Positions 31,552-42,981 are shown, counted from the first letter of the stretch. The stretch: DNA of 64,000 nt from an uncultured Gemmatimonadaceae bacterium (GCA_963761305.1 CAVXGK010000002.1:1024001-1088000), one strand, 5' to 3'. Translations and numbers: made by a program. The notes: generated by a model not told the origin, from the sequence alone.

Positions 31552-32184
31552 CTATTGGTATTGGTCCAGCATCACCGAGAAGGCCTCTTTCATGGTCAAG
31601 GCCTTCTTGATCTCATCCGCCGTGACGTACGGATACTCGCCGTACTCCAGAAAACTCGGCCGCTGGTGGTCGCGAACGAATTTGACGAACGCGGCGGCGT
31701 TGGTTTTCCAATCTTCGGGAAAGCCTTCCAACTTCTCGAAGATCGTCGTGATGCCGGTGGACGAGAAGATCTGAATGGCGTCCTCGACGTACTTGTCGAA
31801 ATCCGTGTCGAAGATGCCCTGGTACATGAAGTACAGGTCTTGCCCGATCGGAAAGAGCACCCAGCGCAGATAGTGCAATTGGAGCGGCGCCAACACGTGC
31901 GGATCGCCGGCGACCGAATCCTCGAGCGACTTGCCGTAGGCCCGAATTTCTTCCTCGGTGCCGGGTTTGATCTTCGCGATGATCGTGAAGCCGTGACACG
32001 CCGGCGTTCGGGGATAGGTCGGACCGTACCGCCCGCGCTCGAGCGTGAGATAGCCTTCCCGCGGAATGGCCATCGCGCGAGGATTGGCCCACTCCGGCTT
32101 GTGATTGTCGTGATTGTTATGGCCGTTCTCGGCGGCGTGCCCGTCGTGTTCGTTCTTGTTCGCGGTTGTAGGAGCGCTGCTCAT
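31552..32184 (-). CDS. Hypothetical protein of the Dyp cluster
   Basis: 210-aa ORF; His/Asn-rich N-terminal tail; LHYLRWVLF...FDTDFDKYVED; FEKLEGFP. Confidence 0.75.
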   Translation of the reverse strand: MSSAPTTANKNEHDGHAAENGHNNHDNHKPEWANPRAMAIPREGYLTLERGRYGPTYPRTPACHGFTIIAKIKPGTEEEIRAYGKSLEDSVAGDPHVLAPLQLHYLRWVLFPIGQDLYFMYQGIFDTDFDKYVEDAIQIFSSTGITTIFEKLEGFPEDWKTNAAAFVKFVRDHQRPSFLEYGEYPYVTADEIKKALTMKEAFSVMLDQYQ

Positions 32185-32310
32185 GGGGAAATCCCGCCAA
32201 GGTTCGGATGTCAGTGGGTCCCGGAAAGTCCGCCGAGGACGGCGAGCGATCCATGCGACGTTTGTCCAATGAGCGAGCTCGTCGCGTCACGCTCAGAGGC
32301 TTCAGAAGCC

Positions 32311-33207
32311 TCAGAAGCCGATCGTGCTCGAGATCTGTATCGAGTTGCCCTGGAGCGTCGACCGAGCGAAGAGCTCGTCGAAGTACCGGAGAGCGAGGGT
32401 CACGCGCCTCGCTGGCAGATTGAGATTGGATCCGAATCCGAGCGCATACACTCGGTAGTGGGCACTCGCCTGCTCCGGCGTCACATTCGGTCCGTGCGTG
32501 TCGGTCGTCTGCCATTGCGCGTAGCCGACGAGCCCGAGTTGCAGGCGCATGTCCTTCGACGATGCCACGCGCTGCATCAGCGAATAGTCCAGATCGATGT
32601 TCTCGCCCGGATCGATGTGCGTGCCCGCCTGCGTCGAATGAAACTCGACCATCTCGAAAGCCGAGAGCGTCGTGGCGCGACTCGGGGTCATGTAAATGCT
32701 CTGGCCCGCAGATAGTGACTGCGTCCAATAACCCGACCCCACGTTGTCGGCGGCGCCGGCCTTGAAACGCCCCGTCGGTGCGAGGAACCCATAGGCGACC
32801 TTCAGGTCCGCCCGCGAGAGGCTCCAGCCCAGAATCGCCGGCTGATAGAAAGAGTCGGCGAAGCCACCGCCACCGCTGAGCGCTCCCTCGGTGTCGGACG
32901 CGAGCGAGTTGTTGGCGATCGGCAGCGTCACCGAGATCGCATAGCGCGGCCGGCCGCGTGGCGTCGTCGTGTCGCTGGCCCAGGTGAAGATGTTCATGTC
33001 CATCAACACCGAGTTGTGCCCCGTGGCCAGGAGCTCGCCGCCGGGCCCTCTCAGCTCGTCGCGCGCGTAGAACAGGAAGAGATTCGCGTAGGTGAAGCCG
33101 GCCTCGGGGAGCACGCCTCCGCCGACGGCGCTCATGCCGAGCGGGTAGACGCCTCGGACCTGCGCGCCAAGTTGGCCGGCCGCGAGGCAGACACAGAGTG
33201 CCGCCAT
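32311..33207 (-). CDS. SphA/MetA-pathway-like outer-membrane channel ('transporter')
   Basis: Signal peptide; YPLG; GGFADSFYQP; APTGRF..DNVGSGYWT; C-terminal Phe; start uncertain. Confidence 0.7.
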   Translation of the reverse strand: MAALCVCLAAGQLGAQVRGVYPLGMSAVGGGVLPEAGFTYANLFLFYARDELRGPGGELLATGHNSVLMDMNIFTWASDTTTPRGRPRYAISVTLPIANNSLASDTEGALSGGGGFADSFYQPAILGWSLSRADLKVAYGFLAPTGRFKAGAADNVGSGYWTQSLSAGQSIYMTPSRATTLSAFEMVEFHSTQAGTHIDPGENIDLDYSLMQRVASSKDMRLQLGLVGYAQWQTTDTHGPNVTPEQASAHYRVYALGFGSNLNLPARRVTLALRYFDELFARSTLQGNSIQISSTIGF

Positions 33208-33460
33208 GACTACGACTAAGGGCACGAGCGCCGCGCCGGACGGGTGTTTGGTGTTGAGATTACTCTGAATCGGACCGAGGGTCTGAATTGTCGGGCGTCC
33301 CGCACAGTCCCCCGGGTTCGGGCATTGGACCATTCGACGTTCGGCCAACGAGCGGGCTCGTCGCCCCGGTTCCCGATCGCCGGGGAGGGCGCCGAGTGAC
33401 GTGTCATTGGCGTACCTTCAGCGAACACATCACGCCGGCGATGAGGATGGGGGATGGAGC

Positions 33461-35938
33461 ATGCTCGATAGGACCCGTCGCGAACTGACCCACGCATCCC
33501 GCTCGCTCCGCCGAGCGCCCGCGTTCAGCATCACGGTCGTCCTCATCCTCGGCCTCGCCATCGGCATGTCGACCGCGATGTTCACGGTCTTTCAAGCCGT
33601 TCTGTTGCACCGCTTGCCGGTACGACAACCGGAACAGATCGTCGAATTGTCGGGCATCGCCGGTGGCGCCGCGACGGAGGTGCCGATCACTCCGTCACAG
33701 CTCCACCGCCTTCGCCGCGAGACGCACACGCTCCGCAGCGCGGCGGGATTGGCCCATTGGCGCGTTCTCGCTGACGCGCTCGCCGACGGCGACCGCCGGA
33801 TCGTCCTGCGCGAGGCCGTCGTCACCGACGACTTCTTTTCTGTCCTTGGCGCGGACCCGGCGTTGGGCCGACTGTTCCGCGCGGGCGACCAAGTGCCCTG
33901 GGGCGCCAACTCTGGGAACGGCGGAGTGCCGATCGTCCTCAGCTACTCGGCCTGGCTTCACAGTTTTGGCGGCGACTCGTCGGTGATCGGCCGCCACCTC
34001 GTCTCGCCCAAGATGACGTGGACGATGACGATCGTCGGCGTCGCACCGCCGGGGCTCGACTATCCGCGCGGCGTCGAATTCTGGATCGCCTCGGAGTACG
34101 GCAGCATCGACGTCGTCGCGCGCCTCACGCCGAATGCGACGCCCGAAGCGGCGCGCAAGGATTTCCTCACGTTCCTCCAGCGCGATCCCGAGCAGGCGCG
34201 CAACCTCGGCGCAAATTCGGTCGGCGCGCAGGTCCACACGCTCGACGACATGGTCACCGGCCAGGCCCGCGCGGCGCTGTTCGCCCTTTCGGCGGCGGTC
34301 GTGCTTCTCCTCGTGCTCGCGTGCACCAACGTCGGCAATCTGCTCCTGCTTCGTGCCGCCGGCCGCGTGCGCGAGCTGTCGATTCGCCGCGCGATCGGCG
34401 CGTCGGCTATCGATCTGTTGCGGCACCTGTTCACCGAGAGCGTCCTGCTCGCCGCCGGCGGCGGCGTACTGGGCGTTGTGTTCGCGCGCGTCCTGCTCGG
34501 CGCCTTGATTCGTCTCGCGCCGACCGGTCTGCCGCGCACCGATCTGATCGTGCTCGCCGGCACGCCGCTGCTCACCGGTTCGCTCGTTACAGCGGCGACG
34601 GTGATTCTGTTCGGCGTCGCGCCGTCGCTCGTCGCGCTGCGATTCGATCTTTCGTCGCCGCTCCGCTCCGACACGCGCTCGGGCACCGAGGGACGTCGCC
34701 TGCGCAAGGTTCGTCAGGCGCTCGTCGCCTCGCAGCTCGCGCTCGCCGTTGTCGTGCTGGCCGGTGCCGGTCTGCTCGTGCGAAGCCTCGCCCGCCTCGC
34801 GTCGATGGACATGGGATATCCCACGGACCATCTGACGATGCTGAATGTCTCGCTGCCATGGCGAACGTACGCGAACGACTGTCGGCCGACGGGCACGGTG
34901 CTCACCGCGGCCGATACAACCGCGTGGTCGCGATGCGCGGACAAGGTCAACTTCGCCGCGCACGAGCGGATCATGGCGAACCTGCGCGCGCTGCCGCAGG
35001 TCGTCAGCATCTCGCCGGCCGCCGCCCCGCCCTTCCTCGGCTCCAATGTATGGATGGGTCGCTTTGCCGCTGAAGAGCAGTCGGATGCGGAGGCCAAGAC
35101 GAACCCGTGGTTCGGATTCGACGCCGTGGGCCCGGACTTCTTTCGCGCGCTCGGCGTTCCGCTCGTCGCGGGCCGAGTGTTCAACGACGGAGACCGCGAG
35201 GACGCGCCACGAGTCACTGTGATCACCGAAGGCGTCGCGCGCCGACTCTGGCCGAATCAGTCGGCAATCGGCAAGCGAATTCACGACCCGGAACAACACT
35301 CGCCGGATTCGCTCGTCACCGTCGTCGGCGTCGTGCGCGATTTTCACTATCGGCTGCACCGCGAGAGCACGCCGACGATCTTCCGACCGTATTGGCAGGT
35401 GTTGGCGCAGGGCTACTTCGCCGTGCGCACGCGCGGCCCTGAGATGCCGATGGACGCCTGGCGTCGCGCGGTAGAGGCCGCCCCCGGCGCGACGTTCGTT
35501 CGCGCCCAGTCGATGGACGATCTCGTGGCGCCGCAGCTCGCCGTGCCGCGATTCGACGCGCTGCTGCTGTCGATCTTCGCGCTGGCGGCGATCGTCGTCG
35601 CGGCGGTCGGACTCTACGGCATCATGGCGTCGGCGGTCAGCCAACAGACGCGCGAGCTGGGAATTCGCATGGCGCTCGGCGCCACGGTGAGCGGCGTGCG
35701 CAACATGGTGCTCAAGCAAGCGATGATCGTCGCCTGCGCCGGCACCGCGGTGGGTCTGGTTGGCGCGCTCGCCAGCTCACGACTGCTGAAGTCGATGCTG
35801 TTCGACGTCCGGCCGTCTGATCCGACGACGCTTGCCGGCGTGACGGCATTGCTGCTGCTGACGGCGGCAAGCGCCGCGTACATCCCGGCGCGACGCGCGA
35901 CGCGGATCGACCCTGCACGAGCGCTTCGCGCGGAGTAG
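33461..35938 (+). CDS. ABC transporter permease, duplicated MacB/FtsX (ADOP-type)
   Basis: RSLRRAPAFS; LACTNVGNL; TRELGIRMALGA; IDPARALRAE. Confidence 0.9.
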   Translation: MLDRTRRELTHASRSLRRAPAFSITVVLILGLAIGMSTAMFTVFQAVLLHRLPVRQPEQIVELSGIAGGAATEVPITPSQLHRLRRETHTLRSAAGLAHWRVLADALADGDRRIVLREAVVTDDFFSVLGADPALGRLFRAGDQVPWGANSGNGGVPIVLSYSAWLHSFGGDSSVIGRHLVSPKMTWTMTIVGVAPPGLDYPRGVEFWIASEYGSIDVVARLTPNATPEAARKDFLTFLQRDPEQARNLGANSVGAQVHTLDDMVTGQARAALFALSAAVVLLLVLACTNVGNLLLLRAAGRVRELSIRRAIGASAIDLLRHLFTESVLLAAGGGVLGVVFARVLLGALIRLAPTGLPRTDLIVLAGTPLLTGSLVTAATVILFGVAPSLVALRFDLSSPLRSDTRSGTEGRRLRKVRQALVASQLALAVVVLAGAGLLVRSLARLASMDMGYPTDHLTMLNVSLPWRTYANDCRPTGTVLTAADTTAWSRCADKVNFAAHERIMANLRALPQVVSISPAAAPPFLGSNVWMGRFAAEEQSDAEAKTNPWFGFDAVGPDFFRALGVPLVAGRVFNDGDREDAPRVTVITEGVARRLWPNQSAIGKRIHDPEQHSPDSLVTVVGVVRDFHYRLHRESTPTIFRPYWQVLAQGYFAVRTRGPEMPMDAWRRAVEAAPGATFVRAQSMDDLVAPQLAVPRFDALLLSIFALAAIVVAAVGLYGIMASAVSQQTRELGIRMALGATVSGVRNMVLKQAMIVACAGTAVGLVGALASSRLLKSMLFDVRPSDPTTLAGVTALLLLTAASAAYIPARRATRIDPARALRAE

Positions 35939-35991
35939 AACGCGACGTTCGCCTTCACCGGGAATCGGACGCTGCCCGATCTGCCGGGGCC

Positions 35992-36192
35992 CTACGGCAG
36001 CAGCAGCATCCCCAGCGTGACGGCGACGATCGACAGCGCGACAAAGCCGGAGAAAACCAGGCTGGCTCGCGTGATGACCCTGACACCTTTTGGCGGCGTC
36101 GGAGCCGGCGCCGCGCATGTCGCGCAGACCTTCGCGAGCGGGCTCACGGGATTCCCACACAATCGGCACGGCATGAGATCGAACGCGGTCAC
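35992..36192 (-). CDS. Small zinc-ribbon membrane protein
   Basis: CRLC...CATC plus one C-terminal TM; AAGGA upstream of GTG. Confidence 0.5.
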   Translation of the reverse strand: MTAFDLMPCRLCGNPVSPLAKVCATCAAPAPTPPKGVRVITRASLVFSGFVALSIVAVTLGMLLLP

Positions 36193-36272
36193 AGAGAATT
36201 TCCTTGCCTCAGAAAATGCCGGTCAATGTGTGGAAGCGTACAAACGCCGGGCGGAACACGGTATGACCGCGC

Positions 36273-36372
36273 GAACGAGTCACTCCCTTGTTACACGAGC
36301 GAGCCAATCTCCTGTTATACGAGCGAGCGGCTTCCCCTTTACACGAGCGAGTCGCTCCTTTGTTACAAGAGC
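36273..36372. repeat. Degenerate 24-bp tandem repeat, 4 units plus a partial
   Basis: GAACGAGTCACTCCCTTGTTACAC / GAGCGAGCCAATCTCCTGTTATAC / GAGCGAGCGGCTTCCCCTTTACAC / GAGCGAGTCGCTCCTTTGTTACAA. Confidence 0.8.
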
Positions 36373-36420
36373 CATACCAGCGCGTGGGCCGCGGGTTTCG
36401 TTTTTCTCTAGGCTTCCGCC

Positions 36421-36801
36421 ATGGAGAAAAATCCTCTCGGATCGCTGCGTCGCATCGCGCGCAGGGTTGGCGTGGTGCTCATCGTGGCCGGCGCGGCGAT
36501 GGGGTTCGTGGGCATCGTTTGCGGCTTGATCGTCGATCTCGTGGTCATTTCGAGTGCGATCGGCTTTTGGGGGTTCGCCGCATCGTTTCTCCTGCTTCCG
36601 ATCACGCTCGTGGCCGGACCGTTCTACGCCGGGTTTGCCTGGCATAACTGGCTGCCCTTGTTTCTCTGCTACGGCAGCGGCGTACTGGCACCCGTCGTCG
36701 CCGTGATCGGCGCGCTGTGTCGAATGTTCGGCGCGCCGAGGATCGCGCGGGCGAGGCTGAGAGCGGCGAGTCGGCTGCTCCCGCCCGTCGCACTGCCGTA
36801 A
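36421..36801 (+). CDS. Hypothetical membrane protein
   Basis: 126-aa ORF with 3 hydrophobic segments. Confidence 0.55.
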   Translation: MEKNPLGSLRRIARRVGVVLIVAGAAMGFVGIVCGLIVDLVVISSAIGFWGFAASFLLLPITLVAGPFYAGFAWHNWLPLFLCYGSGVLAPVVAVIGALCRMFGAPRIARARLRAASRLLPPVALP

Positions 36802-36874
36802 CGTTCCCCGCGCCCCTGCGCGCGCGCCGCGAGGTCGGAAACGCCGTTCCTGGTTCGACCCGCTACCTTCCTTG

Positions 36875-37552
36875 ATGTGCTTCTCTGCTGGCGCGAGCTT
36901 CACGATGGCCGGAGTGCTGACTGCCATCGGCGGAGCTTCGATCGGCGCCAGCGCCGACAAGCCGCGGCGCCTCTTCGCGGCGATTCCCCTCGGCTTCGCT
37001 CTCCAACAGGCGACTGAAGGGATCGTCTGGCTCACGATCGATGCGCCGGCGCACGCGACGCTCCTTCGGGCCGCGGTGTTCGGCTTCCTCGCGTTCGCGC
37101 TCGTCATCTGGCCGACCTGGGTGCCGTGGTCGCTGCGCGTCGCCGAACGGGATGCCGCGCGACGGAAATGGCTCACGCGTCTCACGTGGGCCGGCGTGTT
37201 GGTCTCGCTGGGCGCGCTGGTGCTGCTCACCCGGTGGGAGCCGAGCGCGTTCATCGAAGGCAGCAGCGTGCATTACAACTTCGGCGTTCCCACGGGCACG
37301 GTGAGTCACCTCCTGCTCGTCGCCGCCTACACCGCGCCGGCCCTGGTGTCGTTCTTCGTATCGAGCATCGAACTGTCGAATGTGTTCGGTGCCGCGCTCG
37401 TGCTCTCGCTGGGAGCCGCGCTGCTCATCCGCACCGAGGCGCTGACGTCGGTGTGGTGCTTCTTTGCCGCGGGGCTGAGCGTTCTGATATTCGTGGCCGT
37501 GCGGCAGCGAGGCGCCACGGTACCTGCCATCCCCGCTTTCATAGGGCGCTGA
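36875..37552 (+). CDS. DUF6629-like multi-pass membrane protein
   Basis: MCFSAGASF N-terminus; QQATEGIVW; SVWCFFAA. Confidence 0.7.
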   Translation: MCFSAGASFTMAGVLTAIGGASIGASADKPRRLFAAIPLGFALQQATEGIVWLTIDAPAHATLLRAAVFGFLAFALVIWPTWVPWSLRVAERDAARRKWLTRLTWAGVLVSLGALVLLTRWEPSAFIEGSSVHYNFGVPTGTVSHLLLVAAYTAPALVSFFVSSIELSNVFGAALVLSLGAALLIRTEALTSVWCFFAAGLSVLIFVAVRQRGATVPAIPAFIGR

Positions 37553-37583
37553 CGCGGAGACTCGGCGCGGCTGACAGATTGGA

Positions 37584-38938
37584 TTAGCGATCCACTCGCG
37601 CATTGGCCGGCCCGAGCACGCCGGTGTAGTACGACATCAGGGCCTGCTGGAACGCCACGCTCGACCGCGCATTCACCGCCGAGCTCTGAGCTTGGATCAG
37701 CGTTGCGCGCGCGAGCGCAACTTCCACGAACGTCGACACGCCGTCGCGGTAGCGCGCCTGTGCCGCCTCGAGGGCGAGCGCGGCGGCCCGTTGCTGCGCA
37801 TTGGTCTCGACGATCTGCTCTTGCGCCACTTGATAGTCGAGAAGCGCACGGCGCACTTCGAGGGCGACGGTGTGCTCGACGTCGCGCAGCGTCAGCGTCT
37901 CGTTCTCGAGCTGAACCTGCGCGCGCTGGTGGGCGATGGACACGCCGCTACGGTCGAGGATCGGCACCGAAACGCCGATGCCGAAGGACCCGCCGCGCCG
38001 CTGATTCAGCTGGCTCTCGAAGCTGCCGTCGGCGATGCTGTTGATCCCGCTACTGTATCCGGCGCTCGCCGAGATGAGCGGAAAGCGTCCGCCTTCCGCA
38101 ACGAGGATCTCGCGCTTGGCTGCTTCGACGCGGAGGCGCTGCGCCTGAACGTCGGCGCGCTGCGCGAGCGCCACCGTGATCAGGCTGTCGAGACAGAAGG
38201 CCGGCGACGGTTTCGTTGTGTCACGTGGTGCCGGCGGTACGAAGGTGTAGTCGCCTTGGGGATCCAGCAGGAGGTCCTGAATGAGGTCGACGTTGGCGAG
38301 GTCCGTTGCGTGCTGCGCGTTGGCAACCGCCAATCGCGTCGAGGCGACGGCCGCTTGCTGTTGGTACAGGTCGCCGATTGCCCGTGTCCCCGCTTTCGTG
38401 AACGCCTCGAGCTGCGTGAGCTCCTGCTCCTGCGCCACGAGGTTCTCTTGCTGCACCCGCACCTGCTCCTGCTGCGTGATGAGATTCAGAAAATCCGACG
38501 CGACGGTGAAGACGACCGTCTGCCTCGTCCGCCCGAGGTCCTGAGTGCCGGCGCGCAGGATGAGCTCGGACTCGTGCAGCGAGTTGACGTTCTGCCGTCC
38601 GTTGTACAACGTGACGCCGCTCGAGACACCGGCGCTGGTCGAGACCGAGTTTGGCGCACTCGGGCCGCTGCCGAACCCCTGCGAGGTCTGCGAGCTCGCC
38701 GACAGGTTGGGAAGGAATGCGTTGCGAAACTGCCGCACGGTGAGCGAGTCGAGCGTCGTCGCGTTCCGCGCGAACCGCACGGAACTATTCTGCGACAGGG
38801 CGATGCGGATCGCCTCGGCGAGCGTGATCGGTCCCGCCTCGGGGTGGCGCGTCGTCGCGGTGTCCTGCGCAACAAGCGCCTGTGCGCTGGCCGCGAGCGC
38901 GAACATCATCAACACGGCGGACCGGGAGCAGGCGTGTG

Positions 38939-38942
<4 letters not shown>
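37584..38942 (-). CDS. TolC family outer-membrane efflux protein
   Basis: Signal peptide; ITLAEAIRIAL; FLPNL; RADV; RYRDGVS; overlaps the permease stop. Confidence 0.88.
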
Positions 38943-40152
<1,210 letters not shown>

Positions 40153-40156
<4 letters not shown>

Positions 40157-40944
40157 GCCGCGTTCCCGACGACCGGCAAGCCAATCACGTCGTCGCCGAG
40201 CGCCTCCAGATCGGCGGCCGCGTTCCGCCGATTGTCCACCGCGTGATCGCGAACGATGCGTCCGTCACGTAGCTCGACGATGCGCTTGGCGTACTGCGAG
40301 ACGTCGGGTTCGTGCGTGACGATGACGACCGTGACCCCCTGGTCGTTCAGTGCCTGCAGCAATGCCATCACGCTGATGGTCGTTCGGCTGTCGAGATTCC
40401 CCGTCGGCTCGTCGGCCAGCAACAGCGTGGGGTGGGTCACGAGTGCGCGCGCAATGGCCACGCGCTGCTGTTGTCCGCCGCTCAATGCGCTCGGCTGGTG
40501 GTCCAAACGCTCGCCAAGACCGACGCGTGTCAGCGCTTCGGCGGCCGCCTCCCTGGTGTTCTTCCAGCGGCCGGCGCGATCGTAGAGCAGCGGCAGCTCG
40601 ACATTCTCGACCGCCGAGGTCCGCGCGAGAAGATTGAATCCCTGGAAGACGAAGCCGAGCTTCTGATTTCTCAAATCAGCCAACTCGTTCTTGGACAAGC
40701 CGTCGACCCGCACGCCGTCGAGCGTGTACCGACCGGCCGTCGGCACGTCGAGACACCCGAGAATGTTCATCAGAGTCGACTTTCCGGACCCCGACGAGCC
40801 CATCACCGCCATCAGCTCGTTGGGAAATACCTGGAGGTCGATGCCGCGCAGCGCGAGCACCTCGTTCTCGCCCATCCGGTAGACCTTGGTCACGGCGGCG
40901 ACGTCGATGACGGGACGCGATCCGTTCATGACGGGCCCCGTCAT
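40153..40944 (-). CDS. ABC transporter ATP-binding protein (MacB/LolD-like)
   Basis: [31 protein letters not shown] overlap with the adaptor gene. Confidence 0.95.
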
Positions 40945-42227
40945 CAGCCGCCACCCCGGCGTCCGCCGCCGGCCGCCGGCGCGAGTGGGTTGGCCGACGG
41001 TGGGGCTTGTGTCGTGCCGGTGACCAACGCGTTGCCGATGATCACTTGCGTGCCGGCCGCGAGTCCCGCGCCGCTGACTTGCGTGCGCTGGCCGTCGCTC
41101 AGGGCGACGCTCACGGGAAGCCGCGCGAGCTTGTTGTTCGCGTCGAGCGTCCAAAGGTCGCCGGCGGCACCCGGGGCACCGGGGCTGCCGGCCGCTGATC
41201 CACCGGCGCGGCGTGGACGCACCGCCGGCGGCATTCCGGCTACCGGGGTGTCGGCTGTTCCCGCGGCGCTCGGTGTCGTGAGCGGAAGGCCCGACGCCGC
41301 GCGCTCTTCGGACGTCGGCGTGAAGCGCAGCGCCGCGTTGGGCACGGTGAGCACGTTCGTAGCAGAGCCGGTGATGAACTCGACCGTGGCGGTCATCCCG
41401 GGAAGCAGCTGGGAGCCGGCATTGTCGAGCGTCACGACGACGGTGTAGCTGACAACGTTGTCAGTGAGCTTCGACTCCAACCGCACCTGCTCGACCACGC
41501 CGTCGAACGTACGACCTGGAAACGACTCCACGGTGAATCGCGCCGACTGTCCGTCCTTGATGCTGCTGATATCGCTCTCGTCGACCGCGGCGAGGATCTG
41601 CATCTGCGCCAGGTTTTGCGCGATGAGAAAAAGCTGCGGCGCGGAAAGACTGGCGGCGACGGTTTGTCCGACATCGACATCGCGCTCGACGATCACGCCG
41701 TCGATTGGCGCGTAGATGTTCGTGTACGACAGGTTTTGCTTGGCCTTGTCGAGCGTGACCTGGGCTGACTTTGCCGACGCGACCGCGACGGACTGGTTCA
41801 CCTGCATCGTCCCGAACTCCGTCGCGCTGATGAACTGCTGCTTGAACAGCGGTTCGTTGCGATTGTATTCTTGCTGCGCTTGGAGCAGCTCCGCCTGCGC
41901 CTTTTCGAGCTGCGCTTGAGCATCGCTCACCGCCTGTTGCTGCAACACGGGATCGATGCGGGCGAGGAGTTGGCCTTTCTTGACGACATCGTTGAAGTCC
42001 GCGTGAATTTCCGCGACTTGTCCCGACGCCTGCGTCCCGACCTGCACCGTCTTCACCGCGCTCAGGGCGCCGGTCGCCGACACCGTTTGCAGGACGGTAC
42101 CGAGTTCGACCGTGGCGAATCGATAACCGGTTTCACCCCCGTCGCGAGCGTGACGTACGCTCCAGACGGCGATGGCAATGGCGACGAGCGCCACTGCCGC
42201 GATGGTGATTGTCTTGGTTCGGGTCAT
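40944..42227 (-). CDS. Efflux periplasmic adaptor subunit (MacA-like)
   Basis: N-terminal TM; VQVGTQASG; IYAPIDG; GQTVAASL; VDESDI; LLPGMTA. Confidence 0.9.
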   Translation of the reverse strand: MTRTKTITIAAVALVAIAIAVWSVRHARDGGETGYRFATVELGTVLQTVSATGALSAVKTVQVGTQASGQVAEIHADFNDVVKKGQLLARIDPVLQQQAVSDAQAQLEKAQAELLQAQQEYNRNEPLFKQQFISATEFGTMQVNQSVAVASAKSAQVTLDKAKQNLSYTNIYAPIDGVIVERDVDVGQTVAASLSAPQLFLIAQNLAQMQILAAVDESDISSIKDGQSARFTVESFPGRTFDGVVEQVRLESKLTDNVVSYTVVVTLDNAGSQLLPGMTATVEFITGSATNVLTVPNAALRFTPTSEERAASGLPLTTPSAAGTADTPVAGMPPAVRPRRAGGSAAGSPGAPGAAGDLWTLDANNKLARLPVSVALSDGQRTQVSGAGLAAGTQVIIGNALVTGTTQAPPSANPLAPAAGGGRRGGG

Positions 42228-42235
42228 GTACGCGC

Positions 42236-42312
42236 AGAGTACGCGTCATCGAGGCCCGCGAGCCATCGCACGAAGGGGTGAACGGCGGACTACGCCTTTT
42301 GGCGGTGCGGCC
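42236..42312 (-). promoter_or_regulatory. Conserved promoter cassette copy A (upstream of the macA-like operon)
   Basis: 77-nt block repeated at 49767 and 51569; palindrome 42290-42307; TACTCT -10 box 8 nt before ATG 42227. Confidence 0.75.
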
Positions 42313-42314
42313 AG

Positions 42315-42357
42315 GTCCGTTCGTGTCATTGCCGGCGGTCCATCGAACTCCTAGGCT
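42315..42357 (+). promoter_or_regulatory. Promoter cassette copy D (upstream of the histidine phosphatase)
   Basis: GTCCGTTCGTGTCATTGCCGG...TAGGCT; 36/43 identical to 52457-52499. Confidence 0.65.
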
Positions 42358-42395
42358 GCGTCCGTGTAACCTTGGCCATCCAGTAGGAGCAGCCT

Positions 42396-42971
42396 GTGAG
42401 AATCCGCTATATCGCGTTTGCCTTGCTTGTCGCGTGCGCGGCCCGGGGCAGCGCCCAGCAGTTGCCCGGACGTCCCGGCCACATCGTGTTGATCCGCCAC
42501 GGCGAAGAGCCGAGCGACGCTAACGATCCGCATCTGTCGAACGACGGCCGGGCGAGGGCGAAGGCGTTCGCGGAGTTCATGACCCACGACCCCGCGATGA
42601 TTCGCCTAGGCACGCCCGCCGCGATCTTCGCGACCGAGACGACCAAGGACGACAACGGGCAGCGAACGCAAGAGACCGTCACGCCGCTGGCGAGCGCGCT
42701 CCGACTCCCTGTGCTGACGCCCTATCACTCGAAGGACTACGACGCGATCGCGAAGCGCGTGCTCTCGGACCCATCGCTCGCCGGCAAGACGGTGGTCATC
42801 TGTTGGAACCACGAGTGGATTCCGCAGCTCGCCGCCGCACTCGGCGTGAACCCCGAACCGGCGAAGTGGAAAGGCAAAGTCTATGACCAGGTCTACGTGA
42901 TCACGTACAAGGACCGACACGCGGTGCTGACGACCACGCACTACGGCGCATCGGCGGTCGTTTCCAGATAG
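42396..42971 (+). CDS. Secreted histidine phosphatase family protein
   Basis: Signal peptide; LIRHGEEP (RHG); RTQETVTP; ICWNHEWIP; AGGAG RBS. Confidence 0.8.
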   Translation: MRIRYIAFALLVACAARGSAQQLPGRPGHIVLIRHGEEPSDANDPHLSNDGRARAKAFAEFMTHDPAMIRLGTPAAIFATETTKDDNGQRTQETVTPLASALRLPVLTPYHSKDYDAIAKRVLSDPSLAGKTVVICWNHEWIPQLAAALGVNPEPAKWKGKVYDQVYVITYKDRHAVLTTTHYGASAVVSR

Positions 42972-42981
42972 TCGCTTCACG

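Noticed and set aside
36273..36372. Mini-CRISPR or RiPP precursor as a firm call
   Set aside because: The 24-nt period is too short for repeat plus spacer, and no modifying enzymes are nearby
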